Source: Candidatus Melainabacteria bacterium 17Bon1m
GTDB taxonomy: Bacteria; Cyanobacteriota; Vampirovibrionia; Obscuribacterales; Obscuribacteraceae
Reading direction: 5' to 3'
Assembly: GCA_032128875.1 (NCBI GenBank)
Contig: JAVLKG010000010.1
Coordinates: forward strand, 1-64,000
Length of the DNA: 64,000 nucleotides
The translations under genes and the position numbers were made by a program. Shown here one piece after another: positions 46,412 to 56,223 of the stretch; the stretch's first letter is position 1, and the number at the start of each line of letters is the position of its first letter. Below the pieces are notes generated by a model, which saw only the letters and a program-made list of their open reading frames with translations, had not been told where the DNA came from and made no database searches.

Positions 46412-47722
46412 CTACGGATCGACCGATAGCTTCTTTGCGGTTTCTAAATCGCGGCGAGCATCGTCTCTTTTGCCAAGCTTTTCATAGGCTTTTGCTCTAC
46501 ACTCATACCATTTTGGGAAGCTAGACTGCTTGTTGACCAGCCGGTCCCAATCTGTAAGCGCATCATTCCAGCGCCCAACTCCTTCGTAGGCGCGTGCTCG
46601 CAACTCTCTTGCATTTGTATTTTCAGGAATCACAGTCAAGATGGAAGTCAACTTTTGCGCAGCACTCGCATATTTTTTCAACGCTATCTCCAGTCTGCAC
46701 ATTTCAACCGCGTCTTTTGCAAAACCACTTCCAAGGTTTTTGACATTGCCACGAGACAAATCGTAGTCATTGATTTTCTGCTCCACGTCGACAATGTGTT
46801 CCCTTGCTTTGAGCGCACCTTGTAGATCGCCCATCGATTCCAAACACTTCGCCAATGAATTACTTGCGATAATTTCGCTGGATGGATTTAGCTCCATAGC
46901 CAAAAGAGTGTTCAAGGTTTTCACCGCTACCTTGTAATCCTTTTCCTTTTGGTAGGCTTCCGCAAGTTTTTGAAGCGCAAATGTGTGATTTGGTGCGAGT
47001 TTCACCACCACAGTCAAATCAGCAATCACCTCTTGTCGCTTTCCAAGGATCTCCCAAATTTCACTGCGCAGCACCAACGCACTTAGATCTTTTGGATGTT
47101 TCCTCACATAATCGCTGATGAACTTGACCGTATCATCACTCTTCATTCGAGATTTAGATATGCGTACCTGAGCGCTGACAACATCGAAGTCGTTGGTATT
47201 AGCGTGCAGCGCCTTTTGCAGCGCCACATCCGCAGCGGTTTGATTTCCCATCGCATCGCACACTTCAGCTTGGACCGCATAATTTCTTGCCGACGGGTTT
47301 ATTCTCAGCGCCTTCCTAATGGGCTCAACAGCTGAAGAAGTTTGTTTGCACTTGCACAGGACCAGGGCTCGTGACGCTAACACCGAGTCGTCGTTTGGTG
47401 CTAGCAAAACAGCTCTGGCACTCAGATTTAGAGCGTCAGCAAACCACCGCAGGCTCGCATAATTTAACGCAGCTTCCGCAAGTGCTCGCGGATATTTCTG
47501 CAATTCTTGATGCTCTTCAAAATAACCGCGAGCTGCATGCCTGTCGTCAATCGAGCGTAGTCGTAAAAATTCGGCAAGCACTCTAGGCGCCGACACCGTA
47601 CTAGCTCTTCGTGAGGATGGCTTCAGTTGAGCATCCGAAACTTTCGCCACCGCACCGAGTTGAACGCACGGGAGAAATATATCTATCGCTATCGCGAACG
47701 CGAAAATCGCTAGTGGGCGCAT
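46412..47722 (-). CDS. exported TPR protein
   Basis: Signal peptide; multiple TPRs; start overlaps the histidine kinase stop. Confidence 0.88.
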   Translation of the reverse strand: MRPLAIFAFAIAIDIFLPCVQLGAVAKVSDAQLKPSSRRASTVSAPRVLAEFLRLRSIDDRHAARGYFEEHQELQKYPRALAEAALNYASLRWFADALNLSARAVLLAPNDDSVLASRALVLCKCKQTSSAVEPIRKALRINPSARNYAVQAEVCDAMGNQTAADVALQKALHANTNDFDVVSAQVRISKSRMKSDDTVKFISDYVRKHPKDLSALVLRSEIWEILGKRQEVIADLTVVVKLAPNHTFALQKLAEAYQKEKDYKVAVKTLNTLLAMELNPSSEIIASNSLAKCLESMGDLQGALKAREHIVDVEQKINDYDLSRGNVKNLGSGFAKDAVEMCRLEIALKKYASAAQKLTSILTVIPENTNARELRARAYEGVGRWNDALTDWDRLVNKQSSFPKWYECRAKAYEKLGKRDDARRDLETAKKLSVDP

Positions 47723-49503
47723 GGCACACTCACAACAAACTTACTGCCTTTGCCGATTTCGCTTTCGACCCAGATGGAGCCGCCATGGGCTTGCACTATT
47801 GCCTTACAAACAGACAGACCCAAACCAACTCCGCCCTTCGATTGCTTCTTGCCGGCTTCAGTTTGTGCAAAACGCTGGAAAAGATTTGCTTGTTCTTCTT
47901 TTTCTATGCCGGGTCCTTCATCGATGACTTCAAACACAGCACTTGAATCGCGCTTTGCTGCAACGACATTTATTGTGGAATTTTCCGGAGAAAACTTAAT
48001 CGCGTTGCTCAGCAGGTTGGTTATAACTCGCACGAGACGCGCCTTATCGACCAGGCAAGCAAACTCTTCGCTGTCCGTACTAATCACGATGTTTTTCTTC
48101 GTGGCCAGCTCACCTATCAAACCGCAAGACAACTCAACAACTTCGCGAGCGCTTGTTTCGCTTTTATCTAATACGTAAGCAGAGGAATCGATTTTTTCGA
48201 GTTCGAGAAAGTCATCGAGTAAATCGACCATTTGCGAAAGAGACAATTCCGCTCTGCTTAGCCTTTGCTGCGCGCCCTCAGGCATTTCGCCAATAGAACC
48301 GGAAGAAAGTATGTTTAAGGTGATTTGAAGAGCCGACATCGGTGAGCGAAGGTCGTGCGTAATCATCTCAACGAGTTGCGCTTTCATCCGCTCGAGTTTC
48401 TTTCTTTCAGTCACGTCATGAGCGACGCAAAAGATCTGCTTCATCTCTTGCGAGAAAAAAGTGTTCCATTGCATCTCAACGCGCTGGTTATCGCGCGTTA
48501 CAACATTTGTCTCAAAAGTCGTGATTCCTTCGCTAGACACCACTTGCGAAATCGTTCGCTGCACACGCTCTTTTTCATCTGGCGCAACCAAACTGGCAAG
48601 ACTCTTTCCAAGAATTTCGTCGCTCTCGAACTTCCACAGTCTTTGCGCAGCAGGATTCACCTGCTGGAATTTGCCCTTCTCATCGAGCGCACAAATAACG
48701 TCTACCGCTTGCTCGACTATAGCCTGTTCTTTGAGGCGAGAATCGCGCAGAACATTTGAAACTCTATGAATAACACTATCCAATTCAACAATGTCATCCT
48801 TGCCTTCGATGCGGTGCTTCAAGGGCTGATTGGCACCGAGAGACATGACATTTTCTGTCAAGTGCGCAAAGCGCTCGGAAGTAGTTCGGTCAAAACGCAG
48901 AATGAAAAGAATCAGAATAATCACATTCGCTGCGATAGTCGCATATATGATCGCGTAGATGCGACCTTGCGTTTCCAGCTTGCTCAAAGCGATGCTTCGA
49001 CGAGCATCGGTCAGACGGCTCATCATTTCGCCAGTCACGCCAGTGACTCTGTTGAGAATGCCGCGCAATTCCATGAATGCTACAGCTTGATCGATTTGGT
49101 CTTGTGATTGCGCTGCCTGCGATCCGCGCTCGGACGCCTGCTTCAAGGACAAGAAAAGGTCTTCGAGCTCTTTTGATTCCTTCCGTTCGCCGAGAAAAGG
49201 CTTCGCTTTCGCTCGCAATATGTCGCTTTGGATTGTGGCTGCTTGAACCTTGTTGCGGAAAGAAAGTTCGTACTTCGGCTCTCGACTGACTTGATACATC
49301 GCTTGGGCGCCGGCACACGCGATGAGCTGAGCGAGGAATTTGACGTTTTCGCCCAGGTAATCGGCGGCACGAGCCTCGCCGTTGTAACACTGCTCTAACT
49401 GCTTGATGTTGGACGCAAGCAGGTAGACGAGTGCTATTTGCACAACCATCGGAATACAGACAAACAGCAGGATTTGCCTAGTAAACTTAAGTCGGAATTT
49501 CAA
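47710..49503 (-). CDS. membrane PAS-domain sensor histidine kinase
   Basis: Two TMs, PAS (VNPAA..W), H-box THDLRSP, N-box NLLSNAIKF, DEGPG and GLGL; TTG start. Confidence 0.95.
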   Translation of the reverse strand: MKFRLKFTRQILLFVCIPMVVQIALVYLLASNIKQLEQCYNGEARAADYLGENVKFLAQLIACAGAQAMYQVSREPKYELSFRNKVQAATIQSDILRAKAKPFLGERKESKELEDLFLSLKQASERGSQAAQSQDQIDQAVAFMELRGILNRVTGVTGEMMSRLTDARRSIALSKLETQGRIYAIIYATIAANVIILILFILRFDRTTSERFAHLTENVMSLGANQPLKHRIEGKDDIVELDSVIHRVSNVLRDSRLKEQAIVEQAVDVICALDEKGKFQQVNPAAQRLWKFESDEILGKSLASLVAPDEKERVQRTISQVVSSEGITTFETNVVTRDNQRVEMQWNTFFSQEMKQIFCVAHDVTERKKLERMKAQLVEMITHDLRSPMSALQITLNILSSGSIGEMPEGAQQRLSRAELSLSQMVDLLDDFLELEKIDSSAYVLDKSETSAREVVELSCGLIGELATKKNIVISTDSEEFACLVDKARLVRVITNLLSNAIKFSPENSTINVVAAKRDSSAVFEVIDEGPGIEKEEQANLFQRFAQTEAGKKQSKGGVGLGLSVCKAIVQAHGGSIWVESEIGKGSKFVVSVPCAH

Positions 49504-49558
49504 GATAAGTGGACCAAGGTCGGCGACTATAGGTATTCTACAGTCCGTGACAACCGAC

Positions 49559-50167
49559 TCACGGCGCTCTTGGGTCGTCGCTCTCTAAAATTTGCCCAGA
49601 TTCCGACTTGTAGAGTCCTTTCCTGATTCGTTGGACGGTACTTCGCTTTTCCGTCAGAAACATCAGAGTCTTGGCATAATCCTCGAAATTAGCGGGGCAA
49701 GAATTCCCTTCTTCTGTAAAAACGCTGATGGAATGTGGCTTTCGGCGGCTATCAAACGCATCAAACTTCAAGCACAGCGTATATCGTCGACCGTCAACAA
49801 AGATAAGTTGGGCGTTTAGGAGTGGTCGCTTGCGCTCGCGCCCACGATTTAGCCCGCGAGCTGAGCGCACCCAGTTTTGCACAAGCCAGCCAGGCAGACC
49901 AAGGCGGCGCGCCACCTCCGCCGCGGTCAAGCCGCCTTCAACTTCCGAAACAGCCTTATCTTTGAAAGATTGGTCAAACACCTGCTTCTTCGGCATTTGT
50001 CCATCTGCCGTATCAGCGGCGCTTTGACGATCTGAGGCGCTTGGAGTATCAGCGGCTCTTTCAGCTTCTGCATTGGCAGCAGTCTCTGTAGCTGCCTTGG
50101 TAGCAGTCTCTGTAGGCGCCTTGTCTACAGTGCCTGATGTTTCAAACGTACCAATTGATGCAACCAA
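49559..50167 (-). CDS. protein with IS3-OrfA-like helix-turn-helix fused to an unknown C-terminal domain
   Basis: FDQSFKDKAV...G.TAAEVARRLGL....VQNWVR; TTG 50167 after AGGGGG; no DDE domain. Confidence 0.65.
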   Translation of the reverse strand: MVASIGTFETSGTVDKAPTETATKAATETAANAEAERAADTPSASDRQSAADTADGQMPKKQVFDQSFKDKAVSEVEGGLTAAEVARRLGLPGWLVQNWVRSARGLNRGRERKRPLLNAQLIFVDGRRYTLCLKFDAFDSRRKPHSISVFTEEGNSCPANFEDYAKTLMFLTEKRSTVQRIRKGLYKSESGQILESDDPRAP

Positions 50168-50330
50168 ATGGCCCCCTAATTTACACGCCAAACGCCCCAG
50201 GGCAAACGCTATGCCTCTATAAACCACCTTACTCGGCGACACCAAAATGAGACATCCATCTCGAAAGGGTTTCTCTATCACTAAATAGAGGGATTAATGG
50301 CTGGCGCAGAGGCGCAGACAGCGGTTGCGC

Positions 50331-51011
50331 CTACGCTTTGGGCGGCACGAGCATATATCCGACCCGGTGAATCGTCCTGATGATCGACTCCTTACCGGGC
50401 TCGTCAATCTTATTGCGCAGTCTCATGACGTGCAAACGCACCGTATCAGGGGCTGCATCAGAGCTGGCGGTCCAAACTCTATCCATTATGGCTTCAGCGT
50501 TAAACGGCTGATTCGGATGGCGCAGGAGAAATTCAAGCAACGAGTACTCCTTAGGCTGCAGATCAACCTCATTGCCGCAAAGCGTGACCGTGCGACTGGA
50601 AGGGTCCAGCGAAAGATTACCCGCGGAGAGAACTGTTTTGGTCACATTGTTCGTCCGTCTCAAAAGGGCGCGCAAGCGTGCCGAAAGTTCAATGACATCA
50701 AACGGCTTGGTCAAATAATCGTCCGCGCCGGAGTCCAGTCCCTCGGCTTTATCTGTGATTTCCTTCTTGCCGGTCAACATGAGAATGGGAGTCGTGCCAC
50801 CTTCATCACGAAATTGGCGGCAGACTTCTACGCCCGATAATCCTGGCAAATCCCAGTCCAATATGACAACGTCATACTTATAGAACTTCAGCCGCTCAAG
50901 CCCATCCGTGCCTTTATAGACCGCCTCGGTGGCGTATTTTTCGCCAGTGAGCCAATCTACAATTAGGGCTGAAAGCTGTTTATCATCTTCGACAATAAGA
51001 ACTTTGGCCAT
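50331..51011 (-). CDS. OmpR/PhoB-family response regulator
   Basis: VLIVEDD, ILDWDLP, GADDYLTKPF and wHTH (RLRNKI...VGY). Confidence 0.96.
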   Translation of the reverse strand: MAKVLIVEDDKQLSALIVDWLTGEKYATEAVYKGTDGLERLKFYKYDVVILDWDLPGLSGVEVCRQFRDEGGTTPILMLTGKKEITDKAEGLDSGADDYLTKPFDVIELSARLRALLRRTNNVTKTVLSAGNLSLDPSSRTVTLCGNEVDLQPKEYSLLEFLLRHPNQPFNAEAIMDRVWTASSDAAPDTVRLHVMRLRNKIDEPGKESIIRTIHRVGYMLVPPKA

Positions 51012-51137
51012 CGAGAATTCCGTTAAAGTTCAGGCATAACATATTAACAGACTGCGAAAGCGCCAAAAATTACGGGCAACTGCGTCAAACTAACCGAAGC
51101 TAAATCAATAACGCAACAACCGGCAGCCAACGGAAAC

Positions 51138-52952
51138 ATGCTCAACTTCAGCAATTTGAGACTATCGCAGCAAGGACTGATCCTTGTCGGCATTCCTATT
51201 GCGCTGATGCTGACGGTATTGGTCGCGCTGTTTGTGGTTTTTACCGAAGTTGAAAGTCAGGCAGTTAAGTCAGAGCACTCAAAGAAAATCATCGCACGCG
51301 CCAACTCGCTGGTGCGTGAGTATCAGGGCGTCGCCAATCAATTGATGATTTATAAGTACACCAAAGTCGAGAAAGTTCGCCAACGATTTGACGAAAAACT
51401 CACGCAGACAGAACAAAGTTTTGTCGAGTTGCAGGAATTGCTCAAAGACGATCCCGCACAATTGCAGTTGCTTCAAGAACTGAAGGGTGGCGCGGAAAAG
51501 GGCATGGCGATTATGCGCCAGTTTGCCAATAGAATTAAGAACGAAGGCGACATTCACGCGGTCGAAGCAACCGTGACATATCAGCGTTTAATGGCGGCGG
51601 GTTCGCATTTTAGTGAACAGCTCGAAGAGCTGGTTTCGAATGAGGTAAAACGCAACGAAGCCACACTAGCAGAGGAAGAACGCGGCCGCATGATGATGAA
51701 GATTTTCATTGTCGCAGGCGCTGCTTTGGCTGTGGCGGTAGGAACAGGGTTGACTCTTTTATTCACGAAAAACACGACGAGCCGCCTCGGCGCTGTTGTC
51801 GAGAACACTGTTCGATTGAGCAAGAAAGAGCCGCTCAAGCCGATTTTAAAAGGCGAGGATGAGATAGCAACTCTCGATCGTTTCTTCCACCGCATGGCAA
51901 ATGATTTAGCAGAAGCTACGCGCAAAGAGAAACTTATTCTAGACAACGCGATCGACGTCATTTGCTCGCTCGACCCTAAAGGTATGTTCGCCGCCGTTAA
52001 TCCTGCTGCCTTCGACGCATGGGGCTACAAGGAAGAACAGTTGATCGGACACAACTATACGGAATTGATTTCCAGCGAAAACATCCAGGATTTTCGGGAG
52101 ACCTTGGAGCGTATCAAGAGCGAGACAGGAACACTAGCAAATGTCGAAACGCGCGTCATTACAGCTTCCGGCGAGCGGGTCGATGTGCAGTGGTCATTGC
52201 GTTGGTCGGATTCTGAGAACTTGTATTTTTGCGTTGCGCATGATGTTTCCGATAGAAAACGCGTCGAGCAATTGAAGCAAGACTTTGTCGCGATGATCAG
52301 TCACGAACTGCGTACGCCTCTTACTGCCATGCAAGCGATGCTGTCATTGCTCGCCAATGGCTCCTATGGCGACATCAATGAGAGCGGGACGAAACGCATC
52401 AAGGGAGCAAAAACCAGCGTTACGCGCTTGATTATGCTGATTAATGATCTGCTCGACATGGAAAAAATGGAAGCCGGAAAGTTGAGCATGACTTATTCAG
52501 ATGTTGAACTTTCCGAGGTAGTCGAGCGCTCGGTCGACACCATAGAAGGATTTGCCGAAGAGCACGACGTGAAGGTCAAAGTTACGACCAAACCAGTGAC
52601 GGTTCTCGGTGATGCAGATCGCCTGATACAGGTTTTCGTCAACCTGCTGTCCAACGCAGTGAAATATTCGGAAGAAGACGGAACGGTCGAACTAAATATA
52701 GATATAGATGGCGATGAGTGCGAAGTCCAGGTAATCGACCACGGGGACGGGATTCCGCAGGGATTTGAGGAGAAGATCTTCGAAAGGTACGAGCAGGCGC
52801 CCACTGCTGGTGGAAAACGCCGAAAAGGTACCGGGCTGGGGCTTCCAATCTGCAAAGCCATCGTGGAGCAGCATGGCGGGACAATTGGCGTGCGGGCAAC
52901 CCCCGACGGCGGCAGCACTTTCTGGTTTCGCATACCAAAAGTCGGATCGTAA
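51138..52952 (+). CDS. membrane PAS-domain sensor histidine kinase (four-helix/CHASE3-like sensor)
   Basis: Two TMs, HAMP-like DEIATL, PAS, SHELRTPL, NLLSNAVKY, DHGDG and GTGLGL. Confidence 0.95.
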   Translation: MLNFSNLRLSQQGLILVGIPIALMLTVLVALFVVFTEVESQAVKSEHSKKIIARANSLVREYQGVANQLMIYKYTKVEKVRQRFDEKLTQTEQSFVELQELLKDDPAQLQLLQELKGGAEKGMAIMRQFANRIKNEGDIHAVEATVTYQRLMAAGSHFSEQLEELVSNEVKRNEATLAEEERGRMMMKIFIVAGAALAVAVGTGLTLLFTKNTTSRLGAVVENTVRLSKKEPLKPILKGEDEIATLDRFFHRMANDLAEATRKEKLILDNAIDVICSLDPKGMFAAVNPAAFDAWGYKEEQLIGHNYTELISSENIQDFRETLERIKSETGTLANVETRVITASGERVDVQWSLRWSDSENLYFCVAHDVSDRKRVEQLKQDFVAMISHELRTPLTAMQAMLSLLANGSYGDINESGTKRIKGAKTSVTRLIMLINDLLDMEKMEAGKLSMTYSDVELSEVVERSVDTIEGFAEEHDVKVKVTTKPVTVLGDADRLIQVFVNLLSNAVKYSEEDGTVELNIDIDGDECEVQVIDHGDGIPQGFEEKIFERYEQAPTAGGKRRKGTGLGLPICKAIVEQHGGTIGVRATPDGGSTFWFRIPKVGS

Positions 52953-53133
52953 GGGCGATGCCATGCGTCGCCCGGTCTTTCGTGGGGTCGCGTTGCACGC
53001 GACCTAATATTGGCTCTCTGTTCTTTCGTGGGGTCGCGTTGTACGCGACCTGAATATTTGCTCTCTGTTCTTTCGTGGGGTCGCGTTGCACGCGACCTAA
53101 TTATTAAATGGGCGTGTGCAACACGCCCCCACG
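52948..53133. repeat. REP-like cluster with 46-47 bp tandem units and one inverted copy
   Basis: cgtggggtcgcgttg(c/t)acgcgacc at 52981, 53027 and 53074 with near-identical linkers; inverted copy at 53110-53133. Confidence 0.9.
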
Positions 53134-53312
53134 ATCACATAGGCGCCCGTGGGCGTTTCGGCGTTTTCCAAAGAAATTTCCCGAAGTAAACAATTTGGAT
53201 ACAACTCAGCCGTATTGTGTGTTCACTGACCCCCAGCGAACGGCTCAAACAAATCACAAAGGACTCTCGAGGTATCGAGGTCAGCTTTTATGCGCCGTAA
53301 GGAGAAATCATC

Positions 53313-53975
53313 ATGGCACACGAACTCAACGAATCTTTCAACTCCGCAGAATGCAAAGACAACAGCGCATGCGCCCTCGGCGATTTCGCAATCACCCGCC
53401 AGGACATGCAACTGAAGTTCGACAATCAAGCTAACAATAACAAACTGGAAGATGCAGGCGTGTTGCCGAAGTTTGACCTCATGCTCGCCAACGGCGATGA
53501 CGAACCTATCGAATTGAAGAACCCCTTCAAAGAAGACATCACCACCAAGCAATTGAAGGAAGCCGGCGTCAAAGCCACCCGCAATCTGGAAAGTGATGGC
53601 ACGCACACAACAGTGACCGAAAGAAAAGATGGCGTCAAAGTACACGTCGGCGAAGGTCATGACGTCATGGGCAAGAACGGCAACAAAGTGCACATCGATG
53701 GAACCGTACTCATCGAGCCAAATGGCAAAATCCGTCCCAAAGATAAAACTGGTGATGTTTGGGTTGACGACAAAGGCAGAGAAGTCCTCAAGAAAAACGA
53801 AGATGGCAGCGTAACCATCGACACCGGTGACGGCGGTTTCATCAGACAAGATGGACAAGGCGTCAAAAAAGTCTCCGCAATCAGAAGCCGCGACGGCAAG
53901 ACATTCGAAGAAATCGATACCGATAGCCCGTTGGGTGGTTTGAGACCGAGCGACCTCAGCAAGCCTAGAAAGTAA
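53313..53975 (+). CDS. hypothetical protein (paralogue of 54241..54957)
   Basis: TAAGGAG RBS; shares DIT.K..KE.G.KA, VD.KGR...K.NEDG.VT.DTG.G and R.R.GK.FE...TD.PLGG with the next gene. Confidence 0.85.
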   Translation: MAHELNESFNSAECKDNSACALGDFAITRQDMQLKFDNQANNNKLEDAGVLPKFDLMLANGDDEPIELKNPFKEDITTKQLKEAGVKATRNLESDGTHTTVTERKDGVKVHVGEGHDVMGKNGNKVHIDGTVLIEPNGKIRPKDKTGDVWVDDKGREVLKKNEDGSVTIDTGDGGFIRQDGQGVKKVSAIRSRDGKTFEEIDTDSPLGGLRPSDLSKPRK

Positions 53976-54034
53976 GCAGAGCCGCAAGTCTTGAATCAAT
54001 TAAGCAAAGCAAGTTACAAACCGAATTCCACAAG

Positions 54035-54184
54035 TGTTAGAGCAGAGCATTCGCAGTAGAGAGGCTGCGTAATTCGGAAGAATCTGGGGGCAGAGAATTC
54101 GAATTGACCCATTCAGAAGCAGTATCACCATGAAAAGGAAACCAATGCGGTAATACGCTCTCTGAATGGGTTAATGCTCTAACA
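54035..54184. other. structured intergenic element with 10-bp terminal inverted repeats (MITE- or ncRNA-like)
   Basis: tgttagagca/tgctctaaca ends enclosing a 14-bp stem ttgacccattcaga/tctgaatgggttaa and smaller hairpins. Confidence 0.45.
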
Positions 54185-54240
54185 ATAATGCCCGACGCAA
54201 CCGGCGCAAGATTTTCCCCGTGTCACGAAGGACTACGACA

Positions 54241-54957
54241 ATGGCCAACTTTGAAGCTTACGAGTCAGCCGCAGCCGAAGCAAGTAAGGTAGGAACAGCC
54301 AGCCTGAGCGATTATGCAATGGTGCGCAACAGTGCCGCCGCAGCACAATTCGATCGTCAAATGAATGACGCTCTCGTAGGCAACGGATTGCTTCCAGTAC
54401 TAGAATTTGCAGACGGCGCAGGCAAAGAAAGAGAAACTGCCAAAGGCAAAGACGGCAATCCTAGAGAAAAGGACACTGCACCGAAAGCCAACGACGCCGC
54501 GCCAAAAGCTAAGGACATCACCTCGAAAGAGATGAAAGAATCAGGCATCAAAGCAGAGATAGAAGTCGACGGTGAGCGCAAAACCACCCGAGCAAAATAT
54601 CCGGGTGGCATTGACGTCCAGGTCAGCAACGGTGGAAAAATCAAGACCGACGACGGACGCGAAATCACCATCACGAAATCGAACATTGTCTCAGTCAAAC
54701 CCCCTATCCATGAAACAAAGGAAGGTAGCGGCGTCTTTGTCGATGAGAAAGGCAGAGCGATAATGAAAGTCAATGAAGACGGCACCGTGACAGTTGATAC
54801 AGGCAAAGGTTTCTACACTCAAGGTCCCGATGGCATCAAGAAGATCACGGCATTGCGCACGCGCAACGGCAAAGATTTCGAAGTCCTCAACACCGATGAT
54901 CCTCTAGGTGGCATGGCACCACCAGACAACCTCAGTCACTCCAAGCGCAGAAAATAA
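54241..54957 (+). CDS. hypothetical protein (paralogue of 53313..53975)
   Basis: ATG 54241 with AAGGA RBS; shared motifs as above. Confidence 0.85.
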   Translation: MANFEAYESAAAEASKVGTASLSDYAMVRNSAAAAQFDRQMNDALVGNGLLPVLEFADGAGKERETAKGKDGNPREKDTAPKANDAAPKAKDITSKEMKESGIKAEIEVDGERKTTRAKYPGGIDVQVSNGGKIKTDDGREITITKSNIVSVKPPIHETKEGSGVFVDEKGRAIMKVNEDGTVTVDTGKGFYTQGPDGIKKITALRTRNGKDFEVLNTDDPLGGMAPPDNLSHSKRRK

Positions 54958-54971
54958 CGGATTGCACAGCA

Positions 54972-56108
54972 ATGACTAATCCATTCGTTTCTAATTCAGC
55001 TTTTGAACCAACACCAGCGCAGCAAAGTTACGAAGAACAACGTCAACAATGTTTCGCCTGGCGTCCAACTCAAGATTATGAATTCATCAATCAAAATCTA
55101 GATGCACGCAACAATGGAAGTTTAGACTCCAGAGTCAACCAGAGTCGGGATGCACAAAAGACTAGCGCAGAGATGACGAGAACTCTCTTCCACGAAGAAG
55201 CTTATCGCCTCTTTTCGAAAATCGAAAAAGCGCAGCCGTATCCGGTGCGCAACGCCTACCACTCGGATGGACAGGTATTCGAATTATCGAAGCTAGAACA
55301 CAACACTGGAAAACATAAAACATCTGATGCAGTTGTTTTTGTATCCAATGTGTTCGATCCCAAAAAACCAGTCAAACTCGTGATTTATAACCACGGGTTG
55401 GAAACAAATGCCAGCGAAGCCTTCAAGCAATCACTGTCGAAACAGATGAGCGGCGCGGATAGCAACACTGTGTTCATCGTCCCTGAGTGGCAAACCAAAC
55501 CAGACAGCCGAGTGAGCCCATCCGATGCAAAATTCCACGAACCGCAATTCTTCAGGAAAATGCTCACTGAGATTATGAGCAAGCCTCCGCCCCTTCGAAA
55601 TTTGACTATCGATAACATTTCAAACATCGGTATCATCACTCACTCCGGCGGCTACAAAGCCGCAATGTCGGAGATGTACAAAAATGGTCTGTACGACAAA
55701 GTGACCAGCTTGACTGTACTCGATTCACTCTACAATCCAATTGCATTCGATCGCTGGATGCAAGACAACATCACGGATCTCGCATATGGGAGGAAACAGC
55801 TTCAGGTAGTTTATACAGATCACCTTTCGGACGAAACCATTGGATTCGCTTTCCGAATCAAGCAAGCATTGCGGCGCCACAAACTGTCAGAGAACAATCT
55901 GTACTTTGATCATGGCACCTCCAAATCAGTCCTCAACTCAGACACATTCTCCAACCACGGCATCGTTTTCAAGAAAAGCGATTTTAAGATCAAGGATGAA
56001 AGTGCGCATGGTTCGATGACACACGTCTATGTGCGCGAGGTTCTTGCCGCGCAGAATAGAAACAATATCAAGCGTTCGAGAGAATTTGCTGCGAATTTCG
56101 CCCAATAG
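54972..56108 (+). CDS. alpha/beta-hydrolase-fold protein
   Basis: VIYNHG, IITHSGGY nucleophile elbow, VLDSLY and late His (AHG); no signal peptide. Confidence 0.75.
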   Translation: MTNPFVSNSAFEPTPAQQSYEEQRQQCFAWRPTQDYEFINQNLDARNNGSLDSRVNQSRDAQKTSAEMTRTLFHEEAYRLFSKIEKAQPYPVRNAYHSDGQVFELSKLEHNTGKHKTSDAVVFVSNVFDPKKPVKLVIYNHGLETNASEAFKQSLSKQMSGADSNTVFIVPEWQTKPDSRVSPSDAKFHEPQFFRKMLTEIMSKPPPLRNLTIDNISNIGIITHSGGYKAAMSEMYKNGLYDKVTSLTVLDSLYNPIAFDRWMQDNITDLAYGRKQLQVVYTDHLSDETIGFAFRIKQALRRHKLSENNLYFDHGTSKSVLNSDTFSNHGIVFKKSDFKIKDESAHGSMTHVYVREVLAAQNRNNIKRSREFAANFAQ

Positions 56109-56122
56109 CAGTTTTGCCAGAC

Positions 56123-56169
56123 GAGGGACCGTGGATGAGCTCACCGAAAGGTGGGCTTGTTCCTTTTTG
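56123..56169 (+). terminator. intrinsic terminator candidate
   Basis: gagctcacc-GAAA-ggtgggctt hairpin extended by gagggac/gttcctt, then a T run; 14 nt after the stop. Confidence 0.65.
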
Positions 56170-56223
56170 GTCACTGTGGCATATTGAGGCGGGATCTTAG
56201 GTAGCTGGCGCAGCTTTGGGCGA

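Noticed and set aside
49559-50281. IS3-family insertion sequence
   Set aside because: Only an OrfA-like HTH is present; no DDE OrfB, frameshift signal or terminal inverted repeats were seen.
52981-53097. CRISPR-like array (24-bp repeats, 22-23 bp spacers)
   Set aside because: Spacers are near-identical, the repeat is a dispersed REP, and there are no cas genes.
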